Assembly (NCBI GenBank): GCA_041753155.1
Contig: JBGSVA010000004.1
Span: 2,883-66,882, forward strand
Length of the DNA: 64,000 bases
Reading direction: 5' to 3'
Source: Thermodesulfobacteriota bacterium
GTDB lineage: Bacteria; Desulfobacterota_D; UBA1144; Nemesobacterales; UBA2774
The position numbers were made by a program, and so were the translations under genes. A model generated the notes under the pieces. That model was not told the DNA's origin. It saw only the letters and a program-made list of their open reading frames with translations, and ran no database searches. Positions 9,685 to 19,788 of the stretch are shown here, piece after piece (positions within the stretch are counted from its first letter, which is position 1; each line of letters starts with the position of its first letter).

Positions 9685-10158
9685 TTAATTCATCGGTTCC
9701 GAAAAATCGGCCACTACCGGCTTGACGAGCTTCTCGAAATCCCGGTAACTCATCCTTATCATGTCGGTATGTGTCCCGGCATTGAACACGATCTCTTCAT
9801 CGTCCGAGAGCGCCTTTGCTACATAGACCGGCAGGCTGTACAGGTTCCCGAACGGAGGCATCGCGCCCACCTCGCAATCAGGAAACATTTTTTCGAACTC
9901 TTTCTCTTCGGCGATCTCGATATGTTTCCTGGACATAGCGCTCCTCAAGCTTTTCAGATTGATTTTAAAACACGCGGGCAAGACCACGAGAGCGTAGCCT
10001 TCGTCTGTTTTTACGACCACCGTCTTAGCCAGCTCCTTTCCCGGGACGTGCGCGGAAGCCGCTGTCTCCTGCGCTGTAAAGGCCGGACTATGATGAAGCT
10101 TCCGGTAATTGACCGTGTTGCCGTCCAGATAGTCCTCTAATCTTTTAAGCACACCCAT
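9685..10158 (-). CDS. YbaK/EbsC/ProX family aminoacyl-tRNA deacylase
   Basis: LAKTVVV, FPDCEVGAMPPFG, FNAGTH; ATG at 10158 preceded by GGAGG. Confidence 0.88.
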   Translation of the reverse strand: MGVLKRLEDYLDGNTVNYRKLHHSPAFTAQETAASAHVPGKELAKTVVVKTDEGYALVVLPACFKINLKSLRSAMSRKHIEIAEEKEFEKMFPDCEVGAMPPFGNLYSLPVYVAKALSDDEEIVFNAGTHTDMIRMSYRDFEKLVKPVVADFSEPMN

Positions 10159-10264
10159 GTTTATCACCTCCCTCTAACCTCAGCCGTTATCCTAATAATT
10201 ATTATATATCATTTCGCCGCCCCGGCGAAATTAGGAAGTTCCCCTGGGCCGCAGCGAAAAATAC

Positions 10265-11710
10265 TCACCCCTTTACAACGCCTATCGGTCTCAGGCGCGC
10301 GACCTTATTCGCTATGCCTGCGTTGTGGACCACGTCGACGACGTCGTCTATCAGCTTATAGGCCTCGGGCATTTCCTCGAATACAGTCTTCCTGCCCCTC
10401 GCCATGACTATTATCCCCTTCTCCCCGAGCTCCCCGATTATGTCCCTCCCCCTGCCGAGCTTGAGCGCCTTCGTCCGCGAGAGCACTCGGCCCGCCCCGT
10501 GGCAGCTGGAGCCGAAGGTTTCGTCGAGCGCGGCCTCCGTGCCCACTAGCACGTATGACGCCCTGCCCATGTCCCCGGGTATGAACACGGGATGGCCCAC
10601 GTCTTTATATATTTCGGGGATCAGGGGATGCCCCTTGGGGAACGCCCTCGTTGCGCCCTTCCTGTGGACGCACACCTTTTTCCTCTCACCGTTCACCTTG
10701 TGCGTTTCGAACTTGGCGATGTTGTGGCTAACGTCGTAAACGAGGCTGCCGCCGAGCTCGTTAGGCCCGATACGGAATACGGAATAGAAAGAGTCCCTGA
10801 CGAAGGACATAATCACCTGCCTGTTCACCCAGGCGTAATTTACGGCGGCGGCGAATGCCGAGAGGTACCTCCTCCCCTCTTCGGATCTAATATGAGCGCA
10901 GGCGAGCTGTTTGTCCGGGAGCTCGAGGCCTATCTTCCTCATGTATGAAAGCATGACGTCTATATAATCCGTGCAAATCTGATGGCCGAAACCCCTCGAG
11001 CCGCAGTGTATGAGCACGCACACCTGACCTCTGAAAAGGCCGAAGGAGTTGGCGACGGACGGGTTAAATATCTCGTCCACCACGTCGATCTCGAGAAAGT
11101 GGTTTCCCGAGCCGAGGGTGCCGATCCCGTCCTTTCCCCTCTCGTAAGCCCTCTCGCTCACGGCGGCCGGGTCCCCCCCGGCGAATGTGCCGTAGTCCTC
11201 TACCCTTTGAGCGTCCTCCTTCTCGCCGTACCCTTTATCTATCGCCCATTTGATGCCCTTCGATATTATCTGTTTATAATCCTCCTGAGAGAGCTTGATC
11301 TTCCCCCCTTCGCCCAGCCCGCACGGGACGCGCCTGAATATATCGGTGACGAGGTCTCTCAGCTGAGGCTTCACCTCCGCTTCAGTGAGGCTGGTCCTCA
11401 TGAGCCTCACGCCGCAGTTTATGTCGTAACCAACTCCTCCGGGCGATATGATCCCGTCCTCGGCATCGAACGCGGCGACGCCCCCGATAGGGAACCCGTA
11501 CCCCCAGTGTATGTCGGGCATGGCGATCGAATATTTCTGTATCCCCGGGAGATAAGCCACGTTCATTACCTGCTCGAGGGCCTTTTCCTCCCTTATGGCT
11601 TCGAGCATCTTTTCGGTCGTGTAGACCCTCCCGGGTACGAGCATGCCTCCCGTGCGCGGGATCTCCCAGAGGTAGTCGTGTATCTTCCTTACTTCTATCC
11701 TGTCATTCAC
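10265..11710 (-). CDS. rtcB: RtcB RNA 3'-phosphate ligase
   Basis: MPDIHWGYGFPIGG, GVGYDINCGVR, GSGNHF, HCGSRG, HNIAK, HRKGAT, HGAGR, EEMPEAYK. Confidence 0.95.
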   Translation of the reverse strand: MNDRIEVRKIHDYLWEIPRTGGMLVPGRVYTTEKMLEAIREEKALEQVMNVAYLPGIQKYSIAMPDIHWGYGFPIGGVAAFDAEDGIISPGGVGYDINCGVRLMRTSLTEAEVKPQLRDLVTDIFRRVPCGLGEGGKIKLSQEDYKQIISKGIKWAIDKGYGEKEDAQRVEDYGTFAGGDPAAVSERAYERGKDGIGTLGSGNHFLEIDVVDEIFNPSVANSFGLFRGQVCVLIHCGSRGFGHQICTDYIDVMLSYMRKIGLELPDKQLACAHIRSEEGRRYLSAFAAAVNYAWVNRQVIMSFVRDSFYSVFRIGPNELGGSLVYDVSHNIAKFETHKVNGERKKVCVHRKGATRAFPKGHPLIPEIYKDVGHPVFIPGDMGRASYVLVGTEAALDETFGSSCHGAGRVLSRTKALKLGRGRDIIGELGEKGIIVMARGRKTVFEEMPEAYKLIDDVVDVVHNAGIANKVARLRPIGVVKG

Positions 11711-11773
11711 CGGACGCTTCTCTTTAAAAGTAATTTATTGCAATTCCGCCGCCTTTCTTACGCATGTTCGCAT

Positions 11774-12322
11774 TTAAGGCGCGATAATCCCGTATTTCCC
11801 CGACTTCTTTCTGTAGATTACGTTTAAGTTCCCCGTGTCCTTGTTCCTGAAGACGAGAAAAAACCTGTCCTCGTCCTGGAGCACCATCAACGCTTCTTCC
11901 GCCGTAAGCGGTTTCTCGACCGAGAGCTTTTCCTCCGATATCAGCCCCGCCTCGCGGACAGGAGGCTCCTCGCTCCTCCTCTTCGCCTTCTCCCGCGCGA
12001 TGTCCTTCCTTACCTCGATACGCCTCTCCTTGAGACGGTTGAGCTGCTTGTCGATATCGTCGAGTGTGAATTCGAGCGACATGAACGTATCGTTCGACTC
12101 CTCCCATGCGTGGAGCGCCCCGCCGCCGGGTGTCTTGAGGTAGAGGTCAATGTCGACACGGTGCCTCTCCCTGTGCTTCTCCACCGTGAAAGTTACTACT
12201 GCCTCGACCTCTCCCTCTCCCATCTCTTTCAAGTGCCGTTCCAGTTTCGAGAGGCCGTGTTCCGTTAAGCTCCTTATGTCTTCCGAAATCTCGATTCCCT
12301 TTCCAATGAGCTCGATATTCAT
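11774..12322 (-). CDS. hpf: Long-form ribosome hibernation promoting factor (HPF/RaiA)
   Basis: N-terminal S30AE domain (MNIELIGKGIEIS...) and C-terminal domain KPLTAEEA...FLVFRN...NVIYRKKSGKYGII. Confidence 0.88.
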   Translation of the reverse strand: MNIELIGKGIEISEDIRSLTEHGLSKLERHLKEMGEGEVEAVVTFTVEKHRERHRVDIDLYLKTPGGGALHAWEESNDTFMSLEFTLDDIDKQLNRLKERRIEVRKDIAREKAKRRSEEPPVREAGLISEEKLSVEKPLTAEEALMVLQDEDRFFLVFRNKDTGNLNVIYRKKSGKYGIIAP

Positions 12323-12493
12323 ATATTCACCTCTTCTATTGTAGTTAATCGGCGCACATCTACAAACACCGCACCAGTACGTGCACTATTTCCGAATCAC
12401 GTAAAAGCCGTGTACAAATCTCATTTTCTTCACGTCTCCGGTCTAGAACGATGAAGACACAGCTATCATATTACGGTCATCATATTACCGATT

Positions 12494-12509
12494 TGCAAGT
12501 TTCATACCA
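12494..12509 (-). promoter_or_regulatory. sigma54 (-24/-12) promoter candidate for hpf-rtcB-ybaK
   Basis: Minus strand TGGTAT-GAAAC-TTGCA, about 170 nt upstream of hpf, correct orientation. Confidence 0.6.
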
Positions 12510-12765
12510 AACCATTTCTGTACATAACTTATCGATACCACTTTATAAATTCAATGCAGTCGAGTGCCGAGTGTCCTGAAAACTTACACATATATTTTCA
12601 CGGGCAGTGTTAATAATAAAGCAATGTGTATAAAACTGTCTTAATGTATCGGCTGCGATAGGTAGACCGATGAATATCCGATCAGCGACAAAAAGGATGT
12701 CTCGAAAGACATATTGGCACGAACCGCTCAGACGTTTCCAATAGTTCGCAGAAAATAAAACATGC

Positions 12766-13491
12766 TCATCTACTCCCTTCTTTATACCAATCCTCGTTAA
12801 ATTCTATATTCTCGGCCACCTCATAGGCTTTTTCTCTCAATTCGGGGTCTTTTTTCTCATCGACAGAAACATGAAGGAACATTACTTCATAATAAAAGGC
12901 GTTCCTGTCCTTCTCGAGATTGTCATACGGACCCTCGAACACGTAAAATTCGACCACCTCATAGAAATATTTATCGCTCGGCCTGAGCTCTTTATCACGG
13001 AACGTCGTCGTAGGGCCGCCCGCCTTGAACTGGAGGCGCTTGGACGATATGAAATCATAACCGGCCTCGGCGCAGATACCTTCGATACCCTCACACGTTA
13101 CCGCTTCATAATTTACGACCTCGATCCCGAGCTCCTCATTCTTTATTAACTCCCTGTCATGGTAATTCTTAACCCAGTTCCGTAGATATTCGTTGTCGAG
13201 CTTATCGCTCCATTTCCTCAACCCGGTAGTGATGTAGATAAAGTATAAATCCTCCTCGTCCCCGCTCGCGAGCCTGAGCCTGTTCGTGCAAAGCTCGGCG
13301 CCGTAGAGATTCTCGGTCCAGTGCTTGTCCACGTACCACTCCCCTTCCGCGGGGGGGATCATCGATATACAGCCCCTCTCTACCCTCTCCGAAGAGTCCT
13401 CTATCAGCACATATTTTGTGGACGCGCAGCCGAACAAGAAAATAACGGGGGAAATAAGCGACATCAAAATGGAAGCGGCTCTGGTGGTCAT
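12766..13491 (-). CDS. Hypothetical lipoprotein
   Basis: Lipobox FLFGC after a hydrophobic stretch; no family recognised. Confidence 0.65.
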   Translation of the reverse strand: MTTRAASILMSLISPVIFLFGCASTKYVLIEDSSERVERGCISMIPPAEGEWYVDKHWTENLYGAELCTNRLRLASGDEEDLYFIYITTGLRKWSDKLDNEYLRNWVKNYHDRELIKNEELGIEVVNYEAVTCEGIEGICAEAGYDFISSKRLQFKAGGPTTTFRDKELRPSDKYFYEVVEFYVFEGPYDNLEKDRNAFYYEVMFLHVSVDEKKDPELREKAYEVAENIEFNEDWYKEGSR

Positions 13492-13638
13492 GTCATAGCT
13501 TCTGAAAAAGCCTTATCGGTCTCGACCGTGTAAGCCAATCCGTTAAATATGATACGATGCGCCACTTCCCCAATATAAAGCAAACCGCTTTCGGTTGTCA
13601 ATAGTACGGGAACCACCAGGTAAGGAACTAGACAGGTT

Positions 13639-16600
13639 CTAAGATACCCTGCTCTTATACTCGTAATAGAGGAGCGGCACCATAGTTCTGGATATAAGCG
13701 TCGCCGCAACCTCCCCCGCCATAAGAGAGATAGCCAGGCCCTGAAATATCGGATCAAAAAGGATTACGGACGACCCGACGACTACGGCCGATGCAGTAAG
13801 CAGCATAGGCCTGAACCTTATCACTCCGGCCTCTACCACGGCGTCCCCGAGGGCCGTACCCTCCGAAAGTTTGAGCTCTATGAAATCTACGAGAATTATC
13901 GAGTTCCTGACGACTATGCCCGCGCCGGCAATGAAGCCTATCATCGACGTAGCCGTGAAGAACGCGCCCAAAAGCGCATGCCCCGGCAGTATCCCGATGA
14001 GAGAAAGCGGTATCGGGGCCATAATCACCAGAGGTACGACAAAAGACCTGAACCACCCGACGATCATCACGTATATCAGCACGAGAACAGCGGCAAAAGC
14101 TATCCCCAGGTCCCTGAACACTTCATAGGTTATCTGCCACTCTCCGTCCCATTTCATCGAGTACACGTCTTCGAGAGGGGGCTGGACGGAGGAATACTGT
14201 TTCAGTACATATCCTTCCGGCAGCTGGAGGTCATTAATCGCGTCCCCCATCCCGAGAATCACGTAGACCGGGCTCTCCGCCCTTCCGGCGACGTCCCCGA
14301 TCACGTAGACGACCCTCTTCAGATTTTTACTGTAGATCGTCTTGTCCTCGAACGTTTCTCTGACCTCAACAAGCTCAGAGACGCTCACCTGGCCGCCTTC
14401 GGGCGTCGTGACCCCTATCTCCTTCAGGCTTTCTATACCGGCCCTCTCGGGGAGGGGGGCCCTCAAAACGAGCTCGACCGGTTCTTTGTCCCTCTCGGCG
14501 TGAGCGAGTCCGACGGGGCTTCCTGCGAGCAGTATCCGGAGCGTTCTCGCAATATCCTCGGAGCTTATGCCGTTCCTGGAGGCCTTCTCCTTATTCACCT
14601 CGAATACGGCCTTTTTCTGATCGTCCTCGACGTACCAGTCCACATCGACGACGCTTTCGGTTCCTTCAAATATCTTCATCACTTCCCGGGCAATCTCCGT
14701 CTGTCTTTCCGGGTCCGGTCCGTATATCTCGGCGACGAGAGTGCTCAGCACAGGGGGTCCGGGCGGCACTTCGGCGATCTTTACCCTGGCGCCGCGTTTA
14801 TCCCCTATCTCCTTAATGCGGGGCCTTATCCTCTTGGCAATGTCGTGGCTCTGGGCGCCCCTCTCGCCCCTGGGAACGAAATTCACCTGTATGTCGGAGA
14901 CGTTGCCGCCTTCCCTGAGAAAGTAGTGCCTCACGAGGCCGTTGAAGTTAACGGGGGCGGCGGTTCCGGTGTATAGCTCATAGTCCAGGACCTCAGGCAC
15001 CGTCCCAAGGTAATCCCCTATCTCCCGGGATACGGCGGCTGTTTCCTCGAGTGTGCTCCCCTCGGGCATGTCTATTATCACCTGAAGCTCGCTCTTGTTG
15101 TCAAAAGGCAGCATCTTCACAGTGACGGCTTTGAAGAGTACGAGAAGGCATGAGGCCGCAAGCAGTATGGCTACCAGGGCGTAAGCCTTGACTCTCTTTT
15201 TACCGCTTCCGAGAAGCCCTCTCAAATTCCCCTCGTATATCCGGTTAAGCCTTTTCAACAGCCGGCCCTCTTCCTCTTCCGGCTTACCCGACTTCCTGAC
15301 GCCCCTGAGCACGATGTAGCTCAGCCACGGGCTTATTATGAACGCGATGAAGAGCGAGATGAGCATCGCTGCCGACGCCCCTATAGGTATAGGTCTCATG
15401 TAGGGGCCCATGAGACCCGACACGAAAGCCATCGGAAGGAGCGCGGCGATGACCGTGAACGTCGCGAGTATAGTCGGGTTCCCCACTTCGTCGACCGCTT
15501 TTACCGCGACTTCGGCGCTCACGCCTGACATCTTGAAGTGTCTGTAAATGTTTTCCACGACAACGATTGCGTCGTCGACGAGTATGCCGATCGAGAATAT
15601 AAGCGCGAAGAGGGTCACTCTGTTGAGGGTGTAGCCGAATATGTATGTCACGAATATCGTGAGGGCTAGAGTCACCGGTATCGCAACGAGCACGACGATA
15701 GATTCCCTCCATCCGAGGGCGAGGGCGATCAGGAATGTAACGGAAAGGGCTGCGATAAACATATGCTTCAGGAGCTCGTCCGACTTCTCTTTCGCCGACT
15801 CGCCGTAATTCCGCGTCGTCTCTATCTCCACTCCCTCGGGTATGACGCCCCCTTTCATCGCTTCGAGCTTGTCATGCAGTCTCTCGGCTATATGTGTAGC
15901 GTTCGTGCCCTTTTTCTTAGCGAACGATATGGTGACCGCTTCCGAAATCCCTTTCCTGTGTTTTTCCGATGCGCTGCCGAACCCTATGAAGACGTACTCG
16001 GACGGCTCTTCGGGTCCGTCTGTTATCGCCGCTACGTCACGGAGATATACCGGGCGTCCGTCACGGACACCTACCGTTACCCCGCCTATTTCGTCCGCGT
16101 TCCTGAGAAAACCTTCCGTCTCGACCACGTACTCCCCGCCTGCGGAGGGGAAAGTGCCGCCTTTCAGTGTGTAATTATCCTTATCGATCGCGTCTGCTAT
16201 GCCTAAAGGGGCGAGCGAGTACGCCTTCAATTTAACAGGGTCGAGAGTAATGCTTACCTGTCTTTTCTGTCCCCCGATCACCTTGTATTCCGAGACTTCG
16301 CTGTCCTTCTTGAGCTCCTCAGCGACTTCGTAAGCTACCCTTCTCAGCTCATAACCGCTGTACCTGTCGCTCCACAATGTGAACGTCAGGATCGGCACGT
16401 CGTCTATGGATTTCGGTTTTACGAGCGGCTCGGATACTCCGGGAGGTATCATGTCGTAATTGGACATGAGCTTGTTATAGAGCTTTACGATACTGTCCTC
16501 CATGTCCTGGCCGACGAAGAACCTCACCGTCGCAATGCTCATCCCCGGTTTGGACATGGTATAGAGGTATTCGACGCCTTCGACTTCCCATAGAAGCTTT

Positions 16601-16818
16601 CCCATGGGTCTGGTAACGCGCTCTTCCACCTCGGCGGACGAAGCTCCGGGGTAGGAAACGAAAACATCTACCATGGGGACGACAATCTGGGGTTCTTCTT
16701 CGCGGGGAGTGACGATTACTGCGAATATTCCGAGGGCGAGGGACGCGATTACAACCAGCGGCGTGAGCTTGGACTCTATAAACGTGCGGGCTATTCTGCC
16801 TGCTATTCCCATATTCAT
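13639..16818 (-). CDS. RND efflux transporter permease (AcrB/CusA superfamily)
   Basis: 1059 aa; [45 protein letters not shown]. Confidence 0.95.
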   Translation of the reverse strand: MNMGIAGRIARTFIESKLTPLVVIASLALGIFAVIVTPREEEPQIVVPMVDVFVSYPGASSAEVEERVTRPMGKLLWEVEGVEYLYTMSKPGMSIATVRFFVGQDMEDSIVKLYNKLMSNYDMIPPGVSEPLVKPKSIDDVPILTFTLWSDRYSGYELRRVAYEVAEELKKDSEVSEYKVIGGQKRQVSITLDPVKLKAYSLAPLGIADAIDKDNYTLKGGTFPSAGGEYVVETEGFLRNADEIGGVTVGVRDGRPVYLRDVAAITDGPEEPSEYVFIGFGSASEKHRKGISEAVTISFAKKKGTNATHIAERLHDKLEAMKGGVIPEGVEIETTRNYGESAKEKSDELLKHMFIAALSVTFLIALALGWRESIVVLVAIPVTLALTIFVTYIFGYTLNRVTLFALIFSIGILVDDAIVVVENIYRHFKMSGVSAEVAVKAVDEVGNPTILATFTVIAALLPMAFVSGLMGPYMRPIPIGASAAMLISLFIAFIISPWLSYIVLRGVRKSGKPEEEEGRLLKRLNRIYEGNLRGLLGSGKKRVKAYALVAILLAASCLLVLFKAVTVKMLPFDNKSELQVIIDMPEGSTLEETAAVSREIGDYLGTVPEVLDYELYTGTAAPVNFNGLVRHYFLREGGNVSDIQVNFVPRGERGAQSHDIAKRIRPRIKEIGDKRGARVKIAEVPPGPPVLSTLVAEIYGPDPERQTEIAREVMKIFEGTESVVDVDWYVEDDQKKAVFEVNKEKASRNGISSEDIARTLRILLAGSPVGLAHAERDKEPVELVLRAPLPERAGIESLKEIGVTTPEGGQVSVSELVEVRETFEDKTIYSKNLKRVVYVIGDVAGRAESPVYVILGMGDAINDLQLPEGYVLKQYSSVQPPLEDVYSMKWDGEWQITYEVFRDLGIAFAAVLVLIYVMIVGWFRSFVVPLVIMAPIPLSLIGILPGHALLGAFFTATSMIGFIAGAGIVVRNSIILVDFIELKLSEGTALGDAVVEAGVIRFRPMLLTASAVVVGSSVILFDPIFQGLAISLMAGEVAATLISRTMVPLLYYEYKSRVS

Positions 16819-16823
16819 AACAG

Positions 16824-17921
16824 TCAGTTGCCTTCGACAATTCCTCCGTCGGTCGCTCTTTCGGCCCCTTCCACTATCACGACGTCGCCGTCCCTGAGCC
16901 CGGACAGCACCTCTATACCGCCGTCATATTCCCTTCCCGTACGGACGAGTCTGTAAGTCGCGATCCCGTTTTCATCCACTGTGTAGACCCCTTCGAGCTG
17001 ACCTTTTTTCACGACGGCCGGGCCGGGAACGAGTATCGCATGCCGTTTGCCCGACGGTATGAGGACCGAAGCATAGAGTCCCGTCTTCAGGGACTCGCCG
17101 CCGAGTCCGATCTTCACGAGGAAGGTCCTCGTAGCGGGGTCGATCGCCGGAACGACTTCCGTAATAGTTCCCTCCGTCCGAGTGCCGAGGGCGTCTATGT
17201 CCGCATACACGGTCACGTCGGGCTCGAGTTTGCCAACCATCTTCTCGTCAACGTTCACGTCGAGCCTGAAAGAAGAATTGTCTTCCACCCTGAGAAGCAC
17301 CCGGCCGGGCACCGCCATGCTGCCGACTTCCGCGTCCTTCCCGGTCACGATCCCCGGAACAGGGGCCTTTATCTCCGTGTACCCGAGGTTTATCTCGGCT
17401 TCCTCCATGTTCGCTTTGGCCCTGCCGAGGGCCGCGCGCGCACGCTCGAACTCGGACGCCGCTACTTCCTTCCGGGTCTCTATCTCGTCCATTTCATGAG
17501 CGGAGATCGCTCTGTCGTCGTAAAGGCTTTTATACCTGCCGTATGTGAGGCCGGCCAGATCTTTATTCTTGGCGGCGGCGTCCAGGTAATGCCGCGCCTC
17601 TCCGTATGCTTCCCTCGACGCGAGAGCCCTCTGCTCGAAGTCCCTGTCGTCGAGCGTCATCAAGACGTCCCCTTCGGCTACCCGATCGCCTTCCTTTACG
17701 TTTACGGACGTCACCGTGCCCATGACCCTGCTTGCGACGTCGCTTACAGTTTTAGCCTTCACCGTGCCCGATGTCCTGTAATACTCATCGACCTCAGTTC
17801 TTCGGACGGTTTCCGTCCTCACACCCTTGATGATTTCCCTGTCGGCGCCCTTTTTATCGGAGCCGTCTCCGCAGGACGTAAATAATAGAATCAGGATTAA
17901 AAGCGCTTTTATATGTTTCAT
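16824..17921 (-). CDS. RND periplasmic adaptor (membrane fusion protein), lipoprotein
   Basis: Lipobox FTSC, VKEGDRV lipoyl-like motif, [25 protein letters not shown]. Confidence 0.92.
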   Translation of the reverse strand: MKHIKALLILILLFTSCGDGSDKKGADREIIKGVRTETVRRTEVDEYYRTSGTVKAKTVSDVASRVMGTVTSVNVKEGDRVAEGDVLMTLDDRDFEQRALASREAYGEARHYLDAAAKNKDLAGLTYGRYKSLYDDRAISAHEMDEIETRKEVAASEFERARAALGRAKANMEEAEINLGYTEIKAPVPGIVTGKDAEVGSMAVPGRVLLRVEDNSSFRLDVNVDEKMVGKLEPDVTVYADIDALGTRTEGTITEVVPAIDPATRTFLVKIGLGGESLKTGLYASVLIPSGKRHAILVPGPAVVKKGQLEGVYTVDENGIATYRLVRTGREYDGGIEVLSGLRDGDVVIVEGAERATDGGIVEGN

Positions 17922-17936
17922 GTCGTTAGGATGGGT

Positions 17937-19292
17937 TTAATCCGTTATTCCTAAATCCTCCATGATCGTTCCGCTCTCGAACGACAGTCTCGCGACGGAG
18001 ATCAGATACCCGTTCCGTTTCGCGACGAGATTGGCTCTCGTCCTGTCGAGGTTGAGCTGCGAGTCCAGGAGGTCGAAGAAAGGCGAGAGCGAGTTCTCGT
18101 ACCTCTTCCTTACGAGCCGGGTGCCTTCCGAGGCCGTCTCGAGTGATTTTTCCGCAAGCTCTACGTTCTTCTTCGCTTCCTCCACGGCCAGATATGATTC
18201 ATACACGCTGAGGGATACGCTTTTTTTCATGCCTTCGAGACTCTGCTCTATCTGCGAGGCGGCGTGGCTCGCCCTCGCCCTCTCGTATTCCCTCCTTCCC
18301 CCGTTGAATATCTCCCATCTCAGAAAAGCCGCTACGAACCAGCTGTCGCCCTCGGAGCCGAAGGGTACGTCCCTGTCGTTGAGCTGATACGTCCCCCTAA
18401 CGCCGATCCTGGGGAGATATCCCGCATCGGCTATGCTCACGCTCGTCCTGGCGCTTTCATAACGGTACCGGAGGGAGGTCACGTCCTTCCGCGAAAGGGA
18501 CTTCTCGGTGTAGTAGTCGAATTCCCTGAGCGCTATCTCCTCCGTCACGCCTTCCGTGTCAACGGATTCGTCGAGACCGAGGAGGAGTCCGAGTGAGCGC
18601 TTCGCGACTTTCAGATTCTTTTCCGTGCTTACGAGCTGTTGCTCGGCTTCCGTTACGGCGGTCTCCGCCCTGAGAGTGTCCGAGTAAAGACCCATACCCG
18701 ATTTGAATCTCGAATTAGCTATTCTCAGCTGCTCCCTCGCGTCCTCGAGCGCCTTTTGCGCCACACGGACGAACTCCTTTGCAGTCCCGACCTGAACGTA
18801 GGTTTCCACCACCCTGAAAGCGACGTACTCCCTCTGTCTGCCGTACTCTTCTCTCTTTGCCATATACTCTTTATTAGCGGACTTCAGCGCGAGCGCCTCC
18901 TGCACCGCCAATATGGGCTGCTCAACCGAAATGTTCGTTTCGAAATCGCTCACGGGATCAGGGTTATTGAGGCTCGATATCTCGAAGTCGGACTCCTTGA
19001 AGCGCCCCTCGTTCAGCTTTATCGAAAACACCCCTGTCGGGTTGTTCGTGCGGACGAAGCTTTCTTCGAGATTGATTTGCGGAAGCAGATAACTCCGCGA
19101 TATGCCTATGTCCGCTTTCTCCGCGGAAACGGAGCTCTCGTATGACTTGAGCTCGTTGTTGTTCTCGAGCGCGGTGCCGACCGCGTCCCTGAGCTTGAAC
19201 ACGACCTCATCGGCAATACTGATGCGGGCGAGGAGAAAAAGGAAAAGAAAATAAACCGTCAAATTCGCTATATTTCTTATGTCTATCCTCAT
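17937..19292 (-). CDS. TolC-family outer membrane efflux protein
   Basis: Signal peptide, ALENNNEL, YLLPQINL / YLPRIGV repeats; first gene of an OMF-MFP-RND operon. Confidence 0.9.
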   Translation of the reverse strand: MRIDIRNIANLTVYFLFLFLLARISIADEVVFKLRDAVGTALENNNELKSYESSVSAEKADIGISRSYLLPQINLEESFVRTNNPTGVFSIKLNEGRFKESDFEISSLNNPDPVSDFETNISVEQPILAVQEALALKSANKEYMAKREEYGRQREYVAFRVVETYVQVGTAKEFVRVAQKALEDAREQLRIANSRFKSGMGLYSDTLRAETAVTEAEQQLVSTEKNLKVAKRSLGLLLGLDESVDTEGVTEEIALREFDYYTEKSLSRKDVTSLRYRYESARTSVSIADAGYLPRIGVRGTYQLNDRDVPFGSEGDSWFVAAFLRWEIFNGGRREYERARASHAASQIEQSLEGMKKSVSLSVYESYLAVEEAKKNVELAEKSLETASEGTRLVRKRYENSLSPFFDLLDSQLNLDRTRANLVAKRNGYLISVARLSFESGTIMEDLGITD

Positions 19293-19524
19293 CGTTTGAT
19301 TTTCATTGACTTCGTCGAATAATTCAAGCCCGTTACTTATAATTTACCGAGCGCATTCTCGATCCTTTTTCTCACCTCTTTTGCTATTTCGTCCATCTCG
19401 GGGTTGCCTTCGAGCTTCAATGCTGACTCCGGATTCATGGCGGTATTTAAAAAAAACATCAATTATGATGCACAGGCGTATATGCAGAATGCATAGATAA
19501 CGCTATTCAATACTAAACTGAATG

Positions 19525-19539
19525 GCAAGACAGGTGCCA
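19525..19539 (-). promoter_or_regulatory. sigma54 (-24/-12) promoter candidate for the RND operon
   Basis: Minus strand TGGCAC-CTGTC-TTGC, about 230 nt upstream of the TolC-family gene. Confidence 0.6.
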
Positions 19540-19696
19540 TCCATCTATATCGTATATTAACAGGAAGTTATAATAAATTTACGGGCACCCGCGAGTGTAA
19601 GATTATAGGACAAACGACATATAGCTGTCCTAACCACTTAAGCGAGGGATATTCAAAGCCCGTAATGAATTGAGGTGTGACAAGGGGTAAGGAATG

Positions 19697-19741
19697 TGGT
19701 CGGGGTGAGAGGGATCGAACCTCCGACCTCGGCGTCCCAAG
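19697..19741 (-). repeat. att site: displaced 45-bp 3' fragment of tRNA-Pro
   Basis: Identical to 21900..21944; begins at the first base of the anticodon loop (CTTGGGA) and runs to CCA. Confidence 0.95.
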
Positions 19742-19788
19742 TGAAAAGTAATGCTTGTGTGGATTTGGGACATTTTGCATGACTTTAC

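Noticed and set aside
12715-12730. sigma54 promoter starting TGGCAC on the + strand
   Set aside because: Lacks TTGC at the -12 position and points at no + strand gene.
19568-19780. 70-aa ORF downstream of the RT as an effector
   Set aside because: Reads through the att/tRNA fragment into host DNA; likely spurious.
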